The translations under genes were made by a program, and so were the position numbers. A stretch of 29,777 nt of DNA from an uncultured Nannocystaceae bacterium (GTDB taxonomy: Bacteria; Myxococcota_A; Polyangia; Nannocystales; Nannocystaceae), in assembly GCA_964650105.1 (NCBI GenBank), contig CAZYSW010000008.1:2685-32461 (forward strand), read 5' to 3'. Position 1 is the first letter of the stretch. Every line of letters begins with the position of its first letter. Under the pieces are notes generated by a model, which saw only the letters and a program-made list of their open reading frames with translations, did not search any database and was not told where the DNA came from. Positions 25,029 to 29,777 of the stretch are shown piece after piece.

Positions 25029-25042
25029 CGACCGATCGGTCG
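25029..25042. promoter_or_regulatory. Perfect 14-bp palindrome CGACCGATCGGTCG lying 5 nt after the cysH stop.
   Basis: The sequence equals its own reverse complement. It could act as a terminator stem or a protein-binding site. Confidence 0.3.
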
Positions 25043-25238
25043 GGTCGGGACCCCCACGTCGCGCGACGTCCGACGACGAGCCGCGCGGGCCGATCTCGAC
25101 GATCTCGTGCCGGCCGAACCTCGACCCGGGCCGCGTGGGACGCCACGGCCCTCGAGCACACCGCGGCGGCGAGCGCCTTGCCGGGGCATGCGCGGGCCGG
25201 CTGGACGAACGCGCACCGACGCGGTACCGGAGCCATGC

Positions 25239-25931
25239 ATGACGCGAGCCGAGCGAGCTCGGCGGATCGGAGCCATCCTCGACGAGCTCTATCCGCACCC
25301 ACCCATCCCCCTCGAGCATCGCGACCCGTTCACGCTCCTCGTCGCGGTGATGCTCAGCGCACAGACGACCGACAAGAAGGTGAACGAGGTCACGCCCGCC
25401 CTGTTCCGCGCCGCGTCGACACCCGCCGAGATGGCGGCCCTCGACGTCCGGGAGATCCAGCGCGTCATCCGACAGATCGGCCTGGCGCCCACCAAGGCGC
25501 GCAACCTCAAGGCCACCAGCGCGCTCCTGGTGGAGCGGCACGGGGGTGTGGTACCCGCGGATCTGCAGGCCCTCGAAGCCCTCCCCGGCGTCGGCCACAA
25601 GACGGCGTCGGTCGTGATGGCGCAGGCCTTCGGCGTGCCGGCGTTTCCGGTCGACACGCACATCCATCGACTCGCAGCACGCTGGCGACTCTCCAACGGC
25701 ACGACCGTCGAGCGGACGGAGGCCGACCTCAAGCGCGTGTTCCCGGTGGAGACCTGGATCCGGCGTCACCTGCAGATCATCTACTTCGGTCGCGAGCACT
25801 GCCCGGCCCGCGGCCACGACCTGGATGCGTGCCGGATCTGTAGCTGGGCCGCGTCGGCCCGCCGCAAGCGCGAGGAACGTGCGCGCCGGCGGCCGGACAC
25901 CGAGGCCTCGAGCGCGCGCCTCCGGCCCTGA
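25239..25931 (+). CDS. nth: Endonuclease III (DNA glycosylase/AP lyase Nth).
   Basis: Inner part of track ORF 25107..25931. The start is the ATG at 25239 (MTRAERARRIGAILDELYP). The HhH-GPD motifs are LLVAVMLSAQTTDKKVN and LPGVGHKTASVVM, and the catalytic-region motif is VDTHIHRLAARW. The C-terminal Cys cluster is CPARGHDLDACRIC. Confidence 0.85.
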   Translation: MTRAERARRIGAILDELYPHPPIPLEHRDPFTLLVAVMLSAQTTDKKVNEVTPALFRAASTPAEMAALDVREIQRVIRQIGLAPTKARNLKATSALLVERHGGVVPADLQALEALPGVGHKTASVVMAQAFGVPAFPVDTHIHRLAARWRLSNGTTVERTEADLKRVFPVETWIRRHLQIIYFGREHCPARGHDLDACRICSWAASARRKREERARRRPDTEASSARLRP

Positions 25932-25981
25932 CGTGGCCGAGGACCGTTCGTCCGCCCGGAGCCCGGGCACGAGCGTCCGGC

Positions 25982-26701
25982 ATGGGGTACACCTCCGTCC
26001 ACATGGAGATGCCACGAGCCCTCGACGTCGTGACTGCGTGGACCGCTTCGGTGCTGCGGCTGGGCGCCGGTCTGGTCGCCAGCTCCATCGGACCCCGGCC
26101 CGAGCGCCCCATCGAGCTGTACGAGTTCGAGGCGTGTCCCTTTTGCCGCAAGGTCCGCGAGGCGCTCACCATGCTGGATTTGGACGCGATGATCTTCCCC
26201 TGCCCCAAGGGAGGACCGACCTACCGGCCCGAGGTGCAGCGACGCGGCGGCAAGCTGCAGTTTCCGTACATGGTCGATCCGAACACCGGGGACGAGATGT
26301 ACGAATCGCGCGCCATCATCGAGCACCTCTACGCCCACTACGGCGACCGCAAGGCACCGCGGTGGCTCGCCTCGGGTCTCACCGTTCCCCTGGGCTCGCT
26401 GGCGTCGGCCGTGCGCTTGGCTCGAGGTCATCGTTACCACCCCGCGCGCCGCCCCGAGCAGCCGCTCGAGCTGTACAGCTTCGAGGCGTCGCCGTTCTGC
26501 CGGATCGCGCGCGAGGCCCTGTGCGAGCTCGAGCTTCCCTACCTGCTCCACAACGTCGGCAAGCGAAGCCCGTCGCGAGCCGCGTTCCGGGAACGTTCCG
26601 GGCGGATGATGGTGCCGTGGCTGTCCGACCCGAACACCGGCCGGGAGATGTTCGAGTCGGCGGACATCCGGGCCTACCTGTACGAGACCTACGCGCTTTA
26701 G
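25982..26701 (+). CDS. Tandem glutaredoxin-like (GST-N / thioredoxin-fold) protein with two repeats.
   Basis: Track ORF 25982..26701. Repeat 1 is IELYEFEACPFCRKVREAL...GGKLQFPYMVDPNTGDEMYESRAIIEHL, a CPFC dithiol. Repeat 2 is LELYSFEASPFCRIAREAL...GRMMVPWLSDPNTGREMFESADIRAYL, an SPFC monothiol. Confidence 0.7.
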   Translation: MGYTSVHMEMPRALDVVTAWTASVLRLGAGLVASSIGPRPERPIELYEFEACPFCRKVREALTMLDLDAMIFPCPKGGPTYRPEVQRRGGKLQFPYMVDPNTGDEMYESRAIIEHLYAHYGDRKAPRWLASGLTVPLGSLASAVRLARGHRYHPARRPEQPLELYSFEASPFCRIAREALCELELPYLLHNVGKRSPSRAAFRERSGRMMVPWLSDPNTGREMFESADIRAYLYETYAL

Positions 26702-26765
26702 CCCCACGCTCGCCGATCGAGCGCGACACGATGCGAGAACACCGAATCGCCGGGACGAGGCCTGC

Positions 26766-27668
26766 GTGAAGCCGGGGCGTGCGAGCTTGACCGCCACCAT
26801 CGTGGCGCTCGGTCGCGGCATCGGAACCCGCCGCGACGCGGCCGATCCGACGGCCGGGCAGATCTTGCGCGGACCCGCGCGGACGCTCGTGCGCCTGTCG
26901 CGGTTCCCGGGGGCGAGGCCGGGTTTGCGGGTGGCCAGCCTGGGCCTGATCGATCACGTCACGCTGCGCACCCTGGCCGTCGACGCGGCGATCGAAGATG
27001 CGGTGTCCGCAGGCATCGACCAGATGGTCGTGCTCGGGGCGGGCCTCGATGGACGTGCCTTTCGCATGCCGGCGCTCGAGACGGTGGACGTGCTGGAGGT
27101 CGATCACCCGGCGACTCAGGCGGTCAAGCGCCGGCAGGTGGCCCGCTTGCGGCCGCGCGCTCGCACGATCGGCTACGTCGCGGTCGACCTGGAGACGGAG
27201 GGCCTCGACGCCGCCCTCGCTCGCAGCTCGCACGACGCAAGGCGACCGACGCTGTGGATCTGGGAAGGGGTCACGCCCTATCTGGAACCGCGCGCGATCG
27301 CGTCGACCTCGGGCGTCATCGGTCCCCGGTCGGCGGTGGGCAGCCGCGCGATCGTGACCTATGCCACGCCCGCGGTGGTCCCCGATGGCCTGCGCCCCCT
27401 GGCCGGGCTGGTGAAGCTCGGGTTTTCGGCCATCGGCGAGCCCCTGCGGGGGCTGATGCGGCCCGACGAGATGGCGCGTCGCCTCGAGGCGGTCGGGTTC
27501 GAGGTCCTGTCGGACACCGATGCGACGGACTGGTGTGCGTACGGGCCCGGGAGCGCCACGCTGGAGCGACCGTTTCGAGCCGAGCGCCTGGTCGTGGCGA
27601 GGAGGACCGTCGGCGAGCCGCCACCGGCTCAGCCGCGGGAGGCGTCCTCGAGCCAGCGCACCGCGTAG
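26766..27668 (+). CDS. Class I SAM-dependent methyltransferase (putative O-methyltransferase of the TIGR00027 / LCM-like family).
   Basis: Track ORF 26766..27668, with a GTG start. The family signature is VVLGAGLDGRAFR...VDVLEVDHP...LWIWEGVTPYL. The 3' end overlaps the convergent response-regulator gene by 40 nt. Confidence 0.7.
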   Translation: MKPGRASLTATIVALGRGIGTRRDAADPTAGQILRGPARTLVRLSRFPGARPGLRVASLGLIDHVTLRTLAVDAAIEDAVSAGIDQMVVLGAGLDGRAFRMPALETVDVLEVDHPATQAVKRRQVARLRPRARTIGYVAVDLETEGLDAALARSSHDARRPTLWIWEGVTPYLEPRAIASTSGVIGPRSAVGSRAIVTYATPAVVPDGLRPLAGLVKLGFSAIGEPLRGLMRPDEMARRLEAVGFEVLSDTDATDWCAYGPGSATLERPFRAERLVVARRTVGEPPPAQPREASSSQRTA

Positions 27669-28306
27669 TGCACCATCTCGGTCGCCGCCTTGAACCCCAG
27701 CTTTTCCTTGATGCGCAGGCGATGCGTCTCGACGGTCTTGACGCTGACACCCAGACTCCGAGCGATGTCGCGCGTGCCGAGCCCGCGCCCGATCCCCTCG
27801 AACACCGCGAACTCCCGGTCGGTGAGCCGTCGGACGCGATGGCTGCCGTGCTCCTCGCCGGCGGCCGCCATGTCCTCGCGCAGCCGCGGGCTCAGGTAGC
27901 GATGACCGGTGCTGACCCGGCGAATGGCGTCGAGAAGCTCGCTGGTCTCGGCGCCTTTCATGATGTAGCCGTCGGCACCCGCCCGGAGCGCTCGATCGGC
28001 GTAGACCGCTTCGTCGAGCATCGACAGGACGAGCACCCCGAGCTTGGGCCGTCGGCGACGAATCTCACGGATGAGATCGAGGCCGCTGCCACTTCCCAGG
28101 GAGAGGTCGACCACCGCGAGATGGGGAGCGGCGCGCTCGAGCACCTCCAACGCCGACGAGATGTTGGCCGCCTGCCCGCACGTCACGAAGTCGGGTGTTC
28201 CATCGATGATGTGCGACAACCCGTGCCGGAGGAGGGGATGATCGTCCACGATCAGCACGCCGAGCCGGTCGTCGCCGGCCTCGCGGTGGCGGAGCAGCTG
28301 CGACAC
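27629..28306 (-). CDS. NarL/FixJ (LuxR-type HTH) response regulator.
   Basis: Track ORF 27629..28306(-). The REC domain is LIVDDHPLLRHGLSHII...AVVDLSLGSGSGLDLIREIRRRRPKLGVLVLSM...GADGYIMKG. The LuxR HTH is LTDREFAVFEGIGRGLGTRDIARSLGVSVKTVETHRLRIKEKLG. No histidine kinase is adjacent. Confidence 0.85.
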   Translation of the reverse strand: MSQLLRHREAGDDRLGVLIVDDHPLLRHGLSHIIDGTPDFVTCGQAANISSALEVLERAAPHLAVVDLSLGSGSGLDLIREIRRRRPKLGVLVLSMLDEAVYADRALRAGADGYIMKGAETSELLDAIRRVSTGHRYLSPRLREDMAAAGEEHGSHRVRRLTDREFAVFEGIGRGLGTRDIARSLGVSVKTVETHRLRIKEKLGFKAATEMVHYAVRWLEDASRG

Positions 28307-28750
28307 GGATGGGGACTATAAATGATCGCTCCGGTCCGAGGCCCATCCCGGCCCGGGGGCGGCGTCGGGCAGGGCCGCGACCCGAGGTCGGGGCGGGGCC
28401 GGCTCCGCCTTCGGCGCATCGCCGCCTCCGCGCCGGGCGGGCGTCGGCGCGCGTCGGGGCCGACGGCTCGACGGGTCGCCAGGAGCTCGCCGGGCGCAGC
28501 CACCCATGCGTTGCCGGGTACGCAGACGGGCGTCCGCGCGAGATCGGACACCCTTGCCGGGGGCAAGAGCACGGGTCGGCACGACGTTCGTGGGCAACGG
28601 GGGGACGGCGGCTGCCGGCCGAGCGCACCCCGGCGGTGACGGAGCAGACCCCGAGGGCTCGCTCGCACTGCGGCACCGGGCGGGCGCGACCCGGTGCGGC
28701 CGAGCCCGGCGCGTTGGCCCCCCTGCACGAGTGGGTTACGATGCCAGCCG

Positions 28751-29512
28751 GTGCGTATCCGGTACGCAGCCCGCACAGACGTCGGCCTGAAGCGCACCCA
28801 TAACGAGGACTACTTCGCGCTGATCGAGGAGGACCGTCTGTTCATGGTCGCCGATGGCATGGGGGGCCATGCGTCGGGGGACGTGGCGAGCAAGCTGTCG
28901 ACGGAGGTCATCGGCGAGTTCTACCGCCATAGTCGCAACCCCGAGGCGACGTGGCCCTACCGATACGACCCCACCCGGTCGTTCGCCGAGAACCGGATGG
29001 TGGCCGCGATCCGCCTGGCCAACGAGCGCATCCACGACGCGTCGCAGCGCAACCGGAGCCAGCGCGGCATGGGCACGACCATCGTGGTCTTCCACCTCAA
29101 CGGCGACGACGGGTACGTGGGCCACGTGGGCGACTCCCGCTGCTACCGGATCCGCGACGGTCGGATCGAGAGCCTGACCCGGGATCACTCGCTGCTCGAG
29201 GACTGGAAGGACGCGAGGCCCGATCTCACCGAGGACGAGATCCGGGACTTCCCGCACAAGAACGTCATCACCCGCGCGCTCGGGATGCGCGAGACGGTGG
29301 ACGTGGACGTCGGGCGGTTCAAGATCGGCAACGGCGATCGCTTCGTGCTGTGCTCCGACGGCCTCAGCGGCATGCTGGAGGACGAGGAAATCCTCGAGAT
29401 CGTGATGGCGCACGACGATCTCGAAGACGCCGTCACCGAGCTGGTCGACCGCGCCAATGCGGCGGGCGGCGACGACAACATCAGCGCGATGCTGATCGAG
29501 TGCCGCTTTTGA
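28751..29512 (+). CDS. PP2C-family Ser/Thr protein phosphatase (Stp-like).
   Basis: Inner part of track ORF 28694..29512. The start is chosen at the GTG at 28751 ([23 protein letters not shown]), which matches the usual PP2C N-terminus. Motifs present are [31 protein letters not shown] and GGDDNIS. Confidence 0.8.
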   Translation: MRIRYAARTDVGLKRTHNEDYFALIEEDRLFMVADGMGGHASGDVASKLSTEVIGEFYRHSRNPEATWPYRYDPTRSFAENRMVAAIRLANERIHDASQRNRSQRGMGTTIVVFHLNGDDGYVGHVGDSRCYRIRDGRIESLTRDHSLLEDWKDARPDLTEDEIRDFPHKNVITRALGMRETVDVDVGRFKIGNGDRFVLCSDGLSGMLEDEEILEIVMAHDDLEDAVTELVDRANAAGGDDNISAMLIECRF

Positions 29513-29736
29513 GGCGCGGGCCCGTGCGAACGGCCCGACCGAGGCGCCGGTTCCCACCCGAACCCGGTCGCGGGCGCTGGTGGTCGCTCGGGAGGTGTCC
29601 CTCCACCGGCCCCCGACGCGTGGGCGACCGCGAGAGGCGCCGTTTGCGGGACTGTCATCGCCGTCGGGGTCCCCCGTTGGGGACCGGGGTGAAGACCGTG
29701 GCACGGCGTCGGTTCTTCGGAGGGCGGCGGGGTCGA

Positions 29737-29753
29737 GATCGCGGTCCGCGATC
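29737..29753. promoter_or_regulatory. 17-bp inverted repeat GATCGCGG-t-CCGCGATC near the window end.
   Basis: It is a perfect 8-bp inverted repeat with a 1-nt spacer. No gene could be called in 29513..29777. Confidence 0.2.
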
Positions 29754-29777
29754 GCGGCCCCGGGATCGCGCGGCGCG

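Noticed and set aside
1-29777. A search for CRISPR arrays, IS elements or transposases, integrases, and rRNA or tRNA genes.
   Set aside because: There are no direct-repeat or spacer arrays. There are no transposase or integrase-like ORFs. There are no terminal inverted repeats flanking a block. No rRNA-like or cloverleaf-capable sequence is recognisable.

Overview
This is a 29.8 kb window of very GC-rich DNA (about 70% G+C, judged by eye). Coding is dense on both strands. Several features point to a myxobacterial (Myxococcota) chromosome: a MYXO-CTERM-like tail on a secreted S1 protease, many lipoproteins with acidic D/G/S/T-rich linkers after the lipobox, and a DUF1501/PSD1 gene pair.

Many long ORFs in the supplied track are arginine-rich antisense shadow ORFs. 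The real genes were taken from protein-like composition and recognisable motifs.

I call 23 CDSs. In order along the window:
1. A minus-strand NfeD/YqiJ-like, flotillin, large unknown protein operon. The large gene runs off the window start and is therefore missing from the ORF track.
2. A block of secreted hydrolases: an HExxH metallopeptidase lipoprotein, a patatin-like phospholipase, an S1 serine protease with MYXO-CTERM, and a lipase.
3. A small Cys/His-rich secreted protein plus a 599-aa protein with a possible PNP-like C-terminus.
4. A MerR regulator.
5. A DUF1501 (Tat signal), PSD1-like CxxCH lipoprotein, FG-GAP lipoprotein unit.
6. A divergent pair of paralogous lipoproteins sharing a ZU5-like N-terminal domain.
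7. A Nudix hydrolase divergent from a HAD-phosphatase::UbiA-prenyltransferase fusion.
8. Housekeeping cysH (APS reductase type), nth, a tandem glutaredoxin-like protein and a SAM methyltransferase.
9. A NarL/LuxR response regulator divergent from a PP2C phosphatase.

I found no rRNA, tRNA, CRISPR array, IS element or integrase.

The strongest candidates for something undescribed are:
- the flotillin-coupled giant ORF;
- the divergent ZU5-like lipoprotein pair;
- the hidden two-gene unit at 9.3-11.7 kb;
- the DUF1501/PSD1 operon;
- the Nudix/HAD-UbiA module.
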